Shown: positions 1-9,718, counted from the first letter of the stretch. The stretch is DNA of 64,000 nt from a virus (IMGVR_UViG_3300022752_000048:15377-79376); one strand, 5' to 3'. A program made the numbers and translations. The notes: generated from the sequence alone by a model not told the origin.

Positions 1-2
1 AT

Positions 3-2768
3 TTGTATTAAACCGGCAGCAGTGATAGTAACGCTAAATCCAAGCGGCGGAACATCACCCATAGTTTGGTATGAAATGTTATAGTCAGTCCCGGCGCCGT
101 TTTTAGCAAACTGGGCTTGAACATAAAAACGATAATCGGTAGTTGCGTCAATAGTTACCCAGCCAGTTAATTCGCCGGCATCGTAAGCAGAGGCCACTTG
201 GATTGTTGTTATTGCATTATTAGATAAAGAAATCTGCGTTCTGGCATTAGCGCCACCAACAACTGAACCGCGCATGTTGAAAAATTCAAACGCAGTTGTA
301 GAGCGTGCAACACCAAGAGGTTTAGATACTTGGCCAACCACTGTAGGATCTGATGTAGTAATTTTACCGGCAGTTGTTGGTGAAAGGAAATATGTTTCTC
401 CAGCAGTTAAAGCGGGCGGTGCAGAAACAAAAACTTCTGCTGTTAAAGTAGACCCCGACAAAAATGGAGTCCATGAGGTTCCGTTACTACTAGATAATCC
501 CCGGGAATTAGCTGGAATCCCTGCGGTTTGATTGTCCCAAAACAATCTAAATTGTCCTGCGCCTGATACAACATTATAGACAATAATTCCATAATATCTA
601 CCTGCAACAAGGCTGGCGGTTGTTGTAAAATTTAAAGAAACAATACTGACTACACTCTGAACTAACGTTGAAACATTAAGCGATTGTGTAACTGCAATAG
701 GCGAACCTGTTGGAACACCCGTTCCGGTTTGATTTGTTAGCTCGTAAATTTGAACAACAGCAGTTCCGGTTATAGCTCCTGCAATTGCTTGGCACCTTAA
801 ATTAATTGAACTTGCATTGCCACCTACTGATGTTACAAAGGTAGAACCTGAATAAGTAGATGCTTGTCCAACCGTCCATGGATTTGTAAATGCATAGCCA
901 GAAACAGCACTTCCGGCGCCTTCAATTAAATTCGCTCCAACTGAGGCAACTTCGCCGCTTAAACAAATTAAGAATGTATTTGTGTCTACGATTTTGTATA
1001 TTAATCCAGCCACTTCGGCTGTATTTGTGGCATTGGCAATTGCATATGTATATGTAGATCCGTTTAAATATAACGGTCTACCAATATCTGCAGTGGTGAA
1101 TCCATGTGAATTTTGAGTAACTTCTACAATTGTGTTGGTGGCCTCTGCCCATCGCAGTGTACCTGAACCATTTGTAATTAATGCTTGGCCATTTGTTCCA
1201 TCTGCTGACGGCAATGTCCATGTAACATTTGCGGCGATAGAATCTGCAGCTTTAAACGCAACTGAGTTTGTACCATTTGCTGCCAGCTCTCTAAATCTAA
1301 GCTCGCCACCATTTCCTGTTAATGTTCCGGTAGGACCAAGAATCAAAGAGGTTTCCGCAATACCGGGAAATCTATAAAGATGGCCAGAATCGCCTAGTAC
1401 AAATTGATTATTAGCTGTAGCGTAAGAACCACCACCGGCTGCTGTTTTTCCGATGGTAACTGTACCGCTTAAAACAGAACCTGGAGTTAATGCTCCACCT
1501 GTATTGATGCAGACGTTGTTATTACTATAACCGCCTAATAAAAGACCGGCACCAGAACCAATTGCAACGTTGCCAAATCCATCTGTAACGTTTCTTAAAG
1601 AAAAATAACCAACCGCAGTATTATCTGTTCCGGTTGTCATTAATTCGGAAGATTGGTTACCAACCGCTGTATTGCTGTAGCCACTAGTAACAAGCCGCAT
1701 CGAGCGCCAGCCGATTGCGGTATTGTCGGCTCCATCAGTAAGAGTGATAAGTGAGTTATAACCAACTGCTGTATTGTTTGATCCGGTTGTTAATGCAGTT
1801 AATGCATTAGTACCAAATGCTGTGTTTTGTACACCCAAAGTTACTGAATCTAACGATGCAACACCGATAGCTGTATTGTTTGTGCCAGTCATTGATGCAT
1901 TAAACGCACCGGTCTCAAATGTTGATCCAGTAGTAGGGTGTGCAATATCACCAATTTTCTTTTCAACTGCGGCAGAGCTTAGATAGTAAAGCGAGCCATC
2001 GGATTTAAAATAAATTCGTGTGTAGCCGGAAAGCGGAGACGAGGGTGTTACCGATTCATTTAAAAAATCAAAATATGCGGTGCCCGCAACGCCTGTGCCT
2101 TTTAATGTAAGAAAAGTGAATGCACCAGAGCTTGCAGTGGTTGCACCAATCGAAGATGAGTTGATAGTTTTATTTGTTAAGTTTTCTGCACCGGCTAGAG
2201 TAGCTAATGTGCCAGAGGTGGGCAGAGTTAGACTTGTTGAAGCGGTTGTCGTTAATGTTATGTTATTAGAGCCATAACTGAATAAACCCGTATTGCTAGC
2301 GCCTGTACCACCTCTTGTCGGCGATAGTTGGGCTTCACTTGTTAACGTATTAGTATTACTCCAATATGCAACATAATTAGACGTTCCTGTCCCTAACGTA
2401 ACAGAGCCGTCTGCATTTGGAATAGTTAATGTTCTGGAAGTATTTCCGCTAATACCAGATAGTTGAAAATATAATTTTTTAGTCGGATCAGTTTCATCTG
2501 CAAAATAAACAGTGCTGTCTTGTAGAGCTGTAGATGTTAATGTTCCGCCTGTACCGGTTGTTAATGTTGGCGCCCATGCAGATGCGCCCGCGCCGTATTT
2601 AACGTAAAGCGTGCCGTTTGATCTTAAATATAAGGAGCCAAGCGGAGAGCTTAGTGACAACGTTGTAGGATCTGCAGATCCAGTTTCAATATACGCGGCT
2701 TCGCCAAGTTTTAACTTAGATTTTAACGCCTTGACATAATCGCCATTAAATATAACAGCGCCGCTCAT
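3..2768 (-). CDS. Long tail fibre protein A (3'-truncated by window edge, >920 aa)
   Basis: Absent from the ORF track because no stop falls in the window. ATG at 2768 reads MSGAVIFNGDYVKALKSKLKLGEAAYIETGSADPTT, paralogous to 7874..9718. Contains N(T/V)A(I/V)G head repeats. The same frame at the window edge reads DYNISYQTMGDVPPLGFSVTITAAGLIQ, matching 3990..6413. Confidence 0.85.
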   Translation of the reverse strand, partial: MSGAVIFNGDYVKALKSKLKLGEAAYIETGSADPTTLSLSSPLGSLYLRSNGTLYVKYGAGASAWAPTLTTGTGGTLTSTALQDSTVYFADETDPTKKLYFQLSGISGNTSRTLTIPNADGSVTLGTGTSNYVAYWSNTNTLTSEAQLSPTRGGTGASNTGLFSYGSNNITLTTTASTSLTLPTSGTLATLAGAENLTNKTINSSSIGATTASSGAFTFLTLKGTGVAGTAYFDFLNESVTPSSPLSGYTRIYFKSDGSLYYLSSAAVEKKIGDIAHPTTGSTFETGAFNASMTGTNNTAIGVASLDSVTLGVQNTAFGTNALTALTTGSNNTAVGYNSLITLTDGADNTAIGWRSMRLVTSGYSNTAVGNQSSELMTTGTDNTAVGYFSLRNVTDGFGNVAIGSGAGLLLGGYSNNNVCINTGGALTPGSVLSGTVTIGKTAAGGGSYATANNQFVLGDSGHLYRFPGIAETSLILGPTGTLTGNGGELRFRELAANGTNSVAFKAADSIAANVTWTLPSADGTNGQALITNGSGTLRWAEATNTIVEVTQNSHGFTTADIGRPLYLNGSTYTYAIANATNTAEVAGLIYKIVDTNTFLICLSGEVASVGANLIEGAGSAVSGYAFTNPWTVGQASTYSGSTFVTSVGGNASSINLRCQAIAGAITGTAVVQIYELTNQTGTGVPTGSPIAVTQSLNVSTLVQSVVSIVSLNFTTTASLVAGRYYGIIVYNVVSGAGQFRLFWDNQTAGIPANSRGLSSSNGTSWTPFLSGSTLTAEVFVSAPPALTAGETYFLSPTTAGKITTSDPTVVGQVSKPLGVARSTTAFEFFNMRGSVVGGANARTQISLSNNAITTIQVASAYDAGELTGWVTIDATTDYRFYVQAQFAKNGAGTDYNISYQTMGDVPPLGFSVTITAAGLIQ

Positions 2769-2794
2769 AATGATTGCCCTTAGTTATTTTTAAA

Positions 2795-2831
2795 GTGGCT
2801 TTCGCCAGTAATTGCTATTAAATTGTAGCAC
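2795..2831 (-). promoter_or_regulatory. Candidate late promoter (TGC-TACAAT) plus short GAAA-loop hairpin upstream of fibre A
   Basis: Minus strand reads GTGCTACAATTTAAT-N7-ACTGGCGAAAGCCAC. A near-identical element with the same spacing lies upstream of the paralogue (9788..9824). Confidence 0.6.
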
Positions 2832-2834
2832 ACG

Positions 2835-3071
2835 TTATGTGGCTATGTGCACCCATCCATTTTGGATCGCAAGATCGACCATAGCTTCTTTTGATTGTGG
2901 AATTTGCATTGATTGTTCTAGACATTTAGAAACACAGATTTGAACAATTTCGTCAATTGCAATACGCGCCCTATTTTTAATTGCATTATCTGCCCATTCC
3001 TGTGGAGATGCGCAAACCGTTTGTAACGCCTTTTGTTCAGTTTCTGTGATCTCAATTGTAATATTTGGCAT
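2835..3071 (-). CDS. Small hypothetical protein following C1q-like tip gene (possible fibre chaperone/partner)
   Basis: 78-aa ORF, tightly packed in the tail-fibre operon. Confidence 0.6.
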   Translation of the reverse strand: MPNITIEITETEQKALQTVCASPQEWADNAIKNRARIAIDEIVQICVSKCLEQSMQIPQSKEAMVDLAIQNGWVHIAT

Positions 3072-3077
3072 ATTATT

Positions 3078-3626
3078 TTATCCTAAAAAAGTTATTGATA
3101 CTAGTAAGTTTGCAGAACTATCTGGGTAAGAAGATACTGGTCTATATACGTCTGGTTCTAAATAATCATTTTGCGCTAAATACAAAATTTGCGAAATAGT
3201 ATATGCTTCTTCACTGAAATCGGGTCGTCTTAAATCTAAAATTTCACTTCCGGGGACAATTGGATTATTTGTTGAAAATGATCCATACATACTTATTAAT
3301 AAAGTTTGAGCAGACGATACAGAAATTGCTGAAATATTTACTAAATACATTCCTGAATATGGAGCTGTAAATCTTACGACATTTCCAGTAACACCGGCAG
3401 CTGGTGAAGTATAAGTAGATGCGTTGTTTCCGATATTGCGAAAAATTGTTACGGTCCTAGATAATGAACAGGTAGTTTTCCATGTTGCTGTTGGACGATT
3501 TGGGGTTAATATCTGTCCATTAAATGTTTTATCGCCCCCAAAAGTTTGTGCTCCAGTTCCAACCAATCCTGATTGTGTATCCGTTGCAAGTCCCGTCAAT
3601 TGTTGGCTAATTATTGATGATGGCAT
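3078..3626 (-). CDS. Short fibre/tip protein with C1q/TNF-like domain
   Basis: Fibre-type N-terminus (GAQTFGGDKTF) plus C1q-like motifs RFTAPYSGMYLV and LYLAQNDYLE. Confidence 0.65.
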   Translation of the reverse strand: MPSSIISQQLTGLATDTQSGLVGTGAQTFGGDKTFNGQILTPNRPTATWKTTCSLSRTVTIFRNIGNNASTYTSPAAGVTGNVVRFTAPYSGMYLVNISAISVSSAQTLLISMYGSFSTNNPIVPGSEILDLRRPDFSEEAYTISQILYLAQNDYLEPDVYRPVSSYPDSSANLLVSITFLG

Positions 3627-3636
3627 AAATTAATTC

Positions 3637-3975
3637 CTATACTGCAGACCAACTGCCCCAAGTTGTTCCTGATGTACTTACTCGTTTTTGAAACTGACCA
3701 TCGGCCAAAAATGCTAATTGCCACACCGGTCCGCCAGAAAAATCAGTAGTTGTACCGTATGATCTAAAAGTCATCAACCCTACGTAACCAGTTCCGGGCG
3801 CCCCTGTGATACCAACAACTGTTCCTGTTTTAAAATCAAAAGTAACGCCTGGAATATAATCTTGTGGATTTGTATTTACGTTACGTGTATCTGGAGACGC
3901 CACACGTCTTACCGTGCCATCTGCAGCAAGATTTTCAATCGTGCCTTGGTTTACTATTAAAGGTACATTTGCCAT
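3637..3975 (-). CDS. Small tail-fibre knob-like protein
   Basis: Ends WQLAF..DG.FQKR...TTWGSWSAV, typical of phage/pyocin fibre knob repeats. RBS GAGGA upstream. Confidence 0.55.
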   Translation of the reverse strand: MANVPLIVNQGTIENLAADGTVRRVASPDTRNVNTNPQDYIPGVTFDFKTGTVVGITGAPGTGYVGLMTFRSYGTTTDFSGGPVWQLAFLADGQFQKRVSTSGTTWGSWSAV

Positions 3976-3989
3976 GATTTATCCTCTTA

Positions 3990-6413
3990 TCAGTCCGTAT
4001 AATAAGCGCCGGAAATATGAACATTCAGAGCGGCGTTCGTAACCGGCACTGTTCCTGCCGTCCCACCGCCCGTTGGCATTGTATGACCGTATAAATAATT
4101 TGATGGATTAATTAGCCAGCCGGAACAGTAATGCCCCGCAGTCCATGTTAAATTATTACCATAGGCCATTGTAAATGCTGAATATGTTGCATTCCATGCA
4201 TTGCCGGCATTTCCCGTTGCCCTTGGATATGGGAGATTACCAATTCGCAATTCTCCGGCTGCTCCTGACATTGTGCCGTTAAGATTAATAAATAAATAGA
4301 CAAGTTTTCCAATTTTAATATAATATCCACCGGTTTGCGTTGCGTTTGGGGTCCAAGTTCCGGCTGTTGATGAACCATAAAAAGTTGGAGAAAAGCTACC
4401 TTCTTTATAATCGTCTAAATTGTTTGGATCAGAACTAGCAATCATTGTTGCTGGGAATTGAATTCCAGCATTTAGTGTTAATAAACTAGATTGAATTTGT
4501 AAGGGTAGTGATGCGCCAACAGCTGGTCCATTTAATGCAAATTGTGCAATTGCACTACTAAATCCAGTCACAGATGGTAATGTTACTTGAACCAATCCGC
4601 CAGTTGTTACTGAAATATTAAATCCAGTTGGTGGCGTATCACCAGATGTTTGATAGCTAATCAGATAATCTGTGGCATCGCCTTTCTTAGTTACCTGCGC
4701 TTTAAAAGTAAAGCGATATGGCGTTGTTGCATTTATATAAATGAATCCAGTTAATTCAACAGCGTTATACGCGGACGCGTTTTGAATTGTAGTTGTTGCA
4801 GCGTTTGTTAACGAAATCTGCGTATAAACATTAGATCCACCAACCGAGCTACCGCGCATATTATAGAAATCTAATACAGTAGTTGTTCTGGCAATACCAA
4901 TTGGTTTAGAAATTTGTCCAACAATAGATGGTGCGGTTGCAGTTATTTTTCCGGCAGTTGTTGTAGAAAGAAAATAGACTGTTCCTGCAACTAAAGATCC
5001 ACCGCCTTCAAGTGTATTTGCACCAATTGAAGTAGTTTCGCCGCCTAAACAAATTTGAAAGGTATTTGTATCAATAATATTGTATATAAGCCCAGCTACT
5101 TCGGCTGTGGCTTCCACGTCTGCTCTGGCATATGTATATGTTGATCCATTTAGATATAAAGGTCTGCCAATATCTGCGGCAACAAATCCGTGTGAGTTTT
5201 GAGTTACTAAAACAATAGTGTTTCCAGCAGCGGCCCAACTTAATGTGCCAGAACCATTGGTAATCAGTGCTTGGCCATTCGTTCCATCTGCAGCAGGCAA
5301 AGTCCATGTAACATCAGCCGTAATATTGTCTGCAGCTCTTAATCCAACTGAGTTAGTACCGTTTGCAGCAAGCTCTCTAAACCTAACAACTCCAGTATTG
5401 CCTGTGGCGGTTCCTGTTGGGCCAAGAACTAAAGATGTTTGTACAACACCTGGAAACCTATAAAGATGATTGGATGTTCCAAGAACAAATTGATTATCTG
5501 CGGTTGCAGTAGCTGACACAACAGTACTGTCCATGCCAATTGCAACAACGCCTGTTAATGTAGCACCAAAAGCAGTACCGGTGGCGTTAATAAATGTATT
5601 ATTATTTCCTGAATTATATTGCCCCGCGGCAGAGCCAACAGCAACATTTCGGCTGCCAGCAGAGTTGAGTTGTAATGCATTAGAACCAATTGCTGTATTA
5701 TCTTGTAAAAAAATGCTTGAGGCTGATGCATTTGCACCAATTGCTACGTTATTGCTTCCGATCGTATGTTGATACGATGCATTATAACCGATGAAAGTAT
5801 TATTTACACCACTAGTAATTGCTGCACCGGCAGCAATACCAATACCCGTATTATACTGGCCTGTCATTGATAGATTATAGCTATCAACCTCAAAAGTTGA
5901 TCCGGTTGTTGGATGGTCTAATCCACCACCAACTTTCTTTTCGGAACCTGCAGAATCTTTTGTATAAAGTTTTCCATCTGATTTTGCATAAAGCCTCAGT
6001 GTACTTGACGCCGGAGATGATGGAGAAGTTATATACGGATAATCAGTATAACTATTAGTTATAAGTGCTAGTATTCCAGGTGCATTAACAATCCAAGATC
6101 CCGCTGATGCATTCCATGTAAATTCAATCCATATTTCATTTGCATCTAGAATGAGCGGTTCGTTTGTTGCTAAATTATTAATTTTTTGTCCAGATGCCGG
6201 ATTAACAGTTACATTGTTCGTTAAAAACGTGCCCTTAGCATCTGAAATACGGATTGTTGTTCCGTCAATACCGATTGGAAGGTTTACAGTGATTGTGTTT
6301 AATGTTGTATCAAGAATATAGTGATAACGGCTTTGTGCAGAAATAGGTCCAGAAGATGCGTAAACAGACGCTAATCCTGGGACTTGTACTGTTTTATTAG
6401 ACCATAAAGCCAT
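3990..6413 (-). CDS. Long tail fibre protein B
   Basis: 807 aa, G/T/S/N-rich. Has NTAIG/NVAIG head repeats, LPAADGTNGQALITNGSGTLSW, and the C-terminal module NNLDDYKEGSFSP...YIKIGKLVY...NLPY. Confidence 0.85.
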   Translation of the reverse strand: MALWSNKTVQVPGLASVYASSGPISAQSRYHYILDTTLNTITVNLPIGIDGTTIRISDAKGTFLTNNVTVNPASGQKINNLATNEPLILDANEIWIEFTWNASAGSWIVNAPGILALITNSYTDYPYITSPSSPASSTLRLYAKSDGKLYTKDSAGSEKKVGGGLDHPTTGSTFEVDSYNLSMTGQYNTGIGIAAGAAITSGVNNTFIGYNASYQHTIGSNNVAIGANASASSIFLQDNTAIGSNALQLNSAGSRNVAVGSAAGQYNSGNNNTFINATGTAFGATLTGVVAIGMDSTVVSATATADNQFVLGTSNHLYRFPGVVQTSLVLGPTGTATGNTGVVRFRELAANGTNSVGLRAADNITADVTWTLPAADGTNGQALITNGSGTLSWAAAGNTIVLVTQNSHGFVAADIGRPLYLNGSTYTYARADVEATAEVAGLIYNIIDTNTFQICLGGETTSIGANTLEGGGSLVAGTVYFLSTTTAGKITATAPSIVGQISKPIGIARTTTVLDFYNMRGSSVGGSNVYTQISLTNAATTTIQNASAYNAVELTGFIYINATTPYRFTFKAQVTKKGDATDYLISYQTSGDTPPTGFNISVTTGGLVQVTLPSVTGFSSAIAQFALNGPAVGASLPLQIQSSLLTLNAGIQFPATMIASSDPNNLDDYKEGSFSPTFYGSSTAGTWTPNATQTGGYYIKIGKLVYLFINLNGTMSGAAGELRIGNLPYPRATGNAGNAWNATYSAFTMAYGNNLTWTAGHYCSGWLINPSNYLYGHTMPTGGGTAGTVPVTNAALNVHISGAYYTD

Positions 6414-6424
6414 TACTAAACCCT

Positions 6425-7144
6425 TTACTCATCGATAGATGGTATACCACATTTATTATATTTTGCATTAAATCCAGAATAAAACCAAGTCACACCCATA
6501 GTTCTAGGCGTTTCTTTTGTGCATGCAAAATCAACAGCGGTATGCCAATAATTAGATGGAAACATAATTGCAGTGTTATATGAATAATAAAAATCTTTAT
6601 AGATTTTCCACTGTTTTGGATCTTTTTGTTTTTCTAAATTTGCGGGGGTATCTGCTCTGATATATCGCTCTCCGCTTTCATGTTCGCAAAAACAAAATCT
6701 TGCAGATTTTTCTTGCGGTGTAAAATCAAAAATAAATGCCCAATAAGTGTAACGGGCGTATATATTTCTTCCTTGTTTATCAAAGTCATATTCTGGCAAA
6801 CGATCAACGTGCGCTATTAATTCAGAAGAGCGAGGTTCTTCCAGTCTTCTAAATGACATAACTGGTTTATGTGTCCATACATAATCATTTAAAATATTTG
6901 AACCCGTATCTAAAATATATTCTAAAGTTTTATCTTTAAAAAATTTGGGAACAATAACATTATCACCCACCCAATATCCTGATGATTTATCATATTCTGC
7001 CTGCAAAACCATTTGACGATAAACTTCTGGATTTGGCAAAAAATCTTTAATAATAAAAAATGGAAAATTAACAGATGTATCTCTAGTAACAATCATAAAG
7101 ATCTTTCTTATTAAATTGTTAATTAAAGATACTAGTGTTTTCAT
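6425..7144 (-). CDS. 2OG-Fe(II) oxygenase-like protein (DUF6445-like)
   Basis: IIKDFLPNP N-terminus, H-x-D (AHVD), YNTAIMFPSNYWH distal His and downstream Arg (PRTMGVTW), i.e. the facial-triad pattern. Confidence 0.65.
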   Translation of the reverse strand: MKTLVSLINNLIRKIFMIVTRDTSVNFPFFIIKDFLPNPEVYRQMVLQAEYDKSSGYWVGDNVIVPKFFKDKTLEYILDTGSNILNDYVWTHKPVMSFRRLEEPRSSELIAHVDRLPEYDFDKQGRNIYARYTYWAFIFDFTPQEKSARFCFCEHESGERYIRADTPANLEKQKDPKQWKIYKDFYYSYNTAIMFPSNYWHTAVDFACTKETPRTMGVTWFYSGFNAKYNKCGIPSIDE

Positions 7145-7872
7145 AGTTTGATAATATAATTTACCGCTAAAAATGCGGGTGTTGTTTCGGTATCCCCTGA
7201 AATTGTAGGCGCTGCAGCGGTTGCGGTTAATGCACTTGAATTAAGTGAAACTGAAGATACAGAACCAGTGGCGTTAAATGTACTGTCATAACTTATGCTA
7301 TGGCTGTGATCAGTATTAACACTTGCTGCAGATGTCAGAGCGCCCGAGCCGGCATCTTCCCAACACGGACCATATGCGCCAGCAGCATAATTAAGTCCTG
7401 AACGTCTTACGTTTCCAATAGAATGGCCATGGCTCGCATTTGCTGACATACCGGTAGAAGTGCGATCAAATTGAGATCGATTTCCAGAAACAGATAATGC
7501 TATGTTTGAGGCAAGTGTTTGCCCTGCGGCTGTACCAGAAACTGTATTTGAACCACTATTTGCCAAACCATTCTTTGCAGTCTTTTGCCCGCCTTTAGTA
7601 GCTAAAGCACCCGCTGCTGGCGTGTGGCCAGTAACTCCACCATAGTTTGCCGTGCCATTTGTTCCAGCACCACGAGGATAAACACCACGTAAATCTGGTA
7701 TGTTAAATGTTAAAGCGCCATCACCGTTACCGTATGTAGTAGAAATTGCAGCAAACAGGCGAGCATAAGTCGTTCTGCTTACTGCAGAACCGTCACATAA
7801 TAACCAGCCGTCTGGTGCTGTTGATCCGGCAAACGTTAATAACGTTCCTGACGGAAATGGTAAGTACGCCAT
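7141..7872 (-). CDS. Phage tail collar domain protein / short fibre
   Basis: Collar consensus PSGTLLTFAGSTAPDGWLLCDGSAVSRTTYARLF...TFNIPDLRG, HGH/HSH motifs, C-terminal PAFLAVNYIIK. Confidence 0.9.
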   Translation of the reverse strand: MAYLPFPSGTLLTFAGSTAPDGWLLCDGSAVSRTTYARLFAAISTTYGNGDGALTFNIPDLRGVYPRGAGTNGTANYGGVTGHTPAAGALATKGGQKTAKNGLANSGSNTVSGTAAGQTLASNIALSVSGNRSQFDRTSTGMSANASHGHSIGNVRRSGLNYAAGAYGPCWEDAGSGALTSAASVNTDHSHSISYDSTFNATGSVSSVSLNSSALTATAAAPTISGDTETTPAFLAVNYIIKL

Positions 7873-7873
7873 A

Positions 7874-9718
7874 TCAGAAAATACTCCAATCAGAAGAACC
7901 GCGCCAAACTAATTTAACTGATTCATAATTTGATGTTAATGGCCATGAGTTTGCGCCATCAATTGTTATGCCGGCACCAGGATCAATTGTGACAATTCCG
8001 GCAGCAGAGACGCGTTTAATATAAACAGTAAACCCTACATCGCTCGCTGTTAATGTTGGCAGATTTAAAGTGATTGCTGCGGTTGCAATAACAAAATGAT
8101 TAGCTTTTGTCAAATTTGTATTTGACGAGTAGGCGTTGTAGGCTGCTTTAAATCCACCGTTAATATCTAACAACGCTTGTGGAGAAGTCGTACCAATTCC
8201 AACATTTCCGGTTGTATCAATTTTTAATCTAGTGGAATTATTAGTTTCAAACAATAGGGAGAAATTGTCATTTGTACCAATAACTAAATCAGTGCTAAGA
8301 GTATTTCCTGTATGAGTTACAAAACCAAATGGTGTAGTTCCGTATGAGAGCGACCCTGTTACAACCCATGAAGAAGATGTAGAATCCCAAGAAAGTTCAA
8401 TCCACGAACCATTAATGTCCATGATTAACGATTCATTTATTGCCAAATTATCAATTTTTTGTCCAGAGGCGGGATTAATGATTAAATTATTAAGACCCCA
8501 TTTTTCTTTTACATCTGCAAATCTAATTCTTGCGTTTATAAATCCAGATGGCAAAGTTGCTGTTACTGCACCAAAAGTTGTATCAACAAAATAATTCACA
8601 TTGTTAGCGGCTGTAAAAGAGGCGCTTTGATATATTGAATTTGCATATTGAGCAATGGTATTCCAATTTGTGCCATCAGAAAAATATAAAAAACCGCTTG
8701 AATATTTAATTGCGCCGCTGCCGGCAGTTGCAGCCGATGAAGTTACGTTGCCAACTTGCAAACCACCAGTAATTGCCAAGCTTACTACGTTTGCCGTACT
8801 TAGAGAGAGTATGCCTGTGAACGTTTGATTTCCGTCTAATGTTGCAATTGTAGACGATCTATCTGGCACTGTTAATGTTTTAGATGTTGTTAGTCCAGAA
8901 TAATCTAGCGCAAATATATAGTTTGATGCATTTTTTAAATTTAAAACATTAGGAGTTGAATAAAGTCTTGTATATCCAACGGTTGGAGATGTTGGTGCGG
9001 ATGACTCATTTAATAAATCAATGTAGGTAGTTCCGGCAGAACCAGTCCCCTTTACCGTTAAATAAGTGAAGGCGCCTGAGCTGGCTGTCGTCGAACCAAT
9101 CGATGAAGAGTTAATGGTTTTATTGCTTAAATTTTCTGCACCAGATAATGTCGCCAATGTTCCGACGGTTGGGAGTGTGAGGCTTGTCGTACCTAATGTG
9201 GTAAACGTAATATTATTAGAGCCATACGTAAGAGTACCCGCATTATTAACCCCCGTACCGCCTCTTGTAGAAGATAATTGAGCCTCGCCAGTTAGTGTAT
9301 TAGTGGCGCTCCAATATGTTACGTATCCCGTTGTGCTAGCGCCTAGCGGAATAGTGCCGCTTGTGTTTGGAATTGTTAAGGTTATTGAAGTATTATTAGT
9401 AATACCAGAAAGCTGGAAATATAGTTTTTTAGTCGGATCTATTTCATCGACAAAATAAACAGTGCTATCTTGCAAAGCAGTGCTTGTTAATGAACCGCCT
9501 GTACCGGTGATTAATGCTGGAGCCCACGAGGAGGGACTTGCGGCATATTTAACATAAAGTGTACCGTTTGATCTTAAATAAAGAGATCCGGTTGGGGAAG
9601 TTAACGATAGAGTCGTTGGATCTGCAGATCCAGTCTCAATATAAGCAGCTTCGCTTAGTTTTAACTTAGGCTTTAAGGCTTTTAAATAATCGCCATTAAA
9701 TATAACAGCGCCGCTCAT
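7874..9718 (-). CDS. Tail fibre protein C
   Basis: 614 aa. N-terminal ~250 aa paralogous to fibre A; GNVGIGTTSP repeat; two gp34-like VDTT/TLNLP modules. Confidence 0.85.
   Translation of the reverse strand: MSGAVIFNGDYLKALKPKLKLSEAAYIETGSADPTTLSLTSPTGSLYLRSNGTLYVKYAASPSSWAPALITGTGGSLTSTALQDSTVYFVDEIDPTKKLYFQLSGITNNTSITLTIPNTSGTIPLGASTTGYVTYWSATNTLTGEAQLSSTRGGTGVNNAGTLTYGSNNITFTTLGTTSLTLPTVGTLATLSGAENLSNKTINSSSIGSTTASSGAFTYLTVKGTGSAGTTYIDLLNESSAPTSPTVGYTRLYSTPNVLNLKNASNYIFALDYSGLTTSKTLTVPDRSSTIATLDGNQTFTGILSLSTANVVSLAITGGLQVGNVTSSAATAGSGAIKYSSGFLYFSDGTNWNTIAQYANSIYQSASFTAANNVNYFVDTTFGAVTATLPSGFINARIRFADVKEKWGLNNLIINPASGQKIDNLAINESLIMDINGSWIELSWDSTSSSWVVTGSLSYGTTPFGFVTHTGNTLSTDLVIGTNDNFSLLFETNNSTRLKIDTTGNVGIGTTSPQALLDINGGFKAAYNAYSSNTNLTKANHFVIATAAITLNLPTLTASDVGFTVYIKRVSAAGIVTIDPGAGITIDGANSWPLTSNYESVKLVWRGSSDWSIF

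Noticed and set aside
7861-7890. Programmed +1 frameshift fusing fibre C to the collar gene (ATT TTC TGA T ATG)
   Set aside because: Re-pairing of the P-site tRNA would be poor, and the collar gene has its own GGAG RBS; translational coupling is the simpler explanation.
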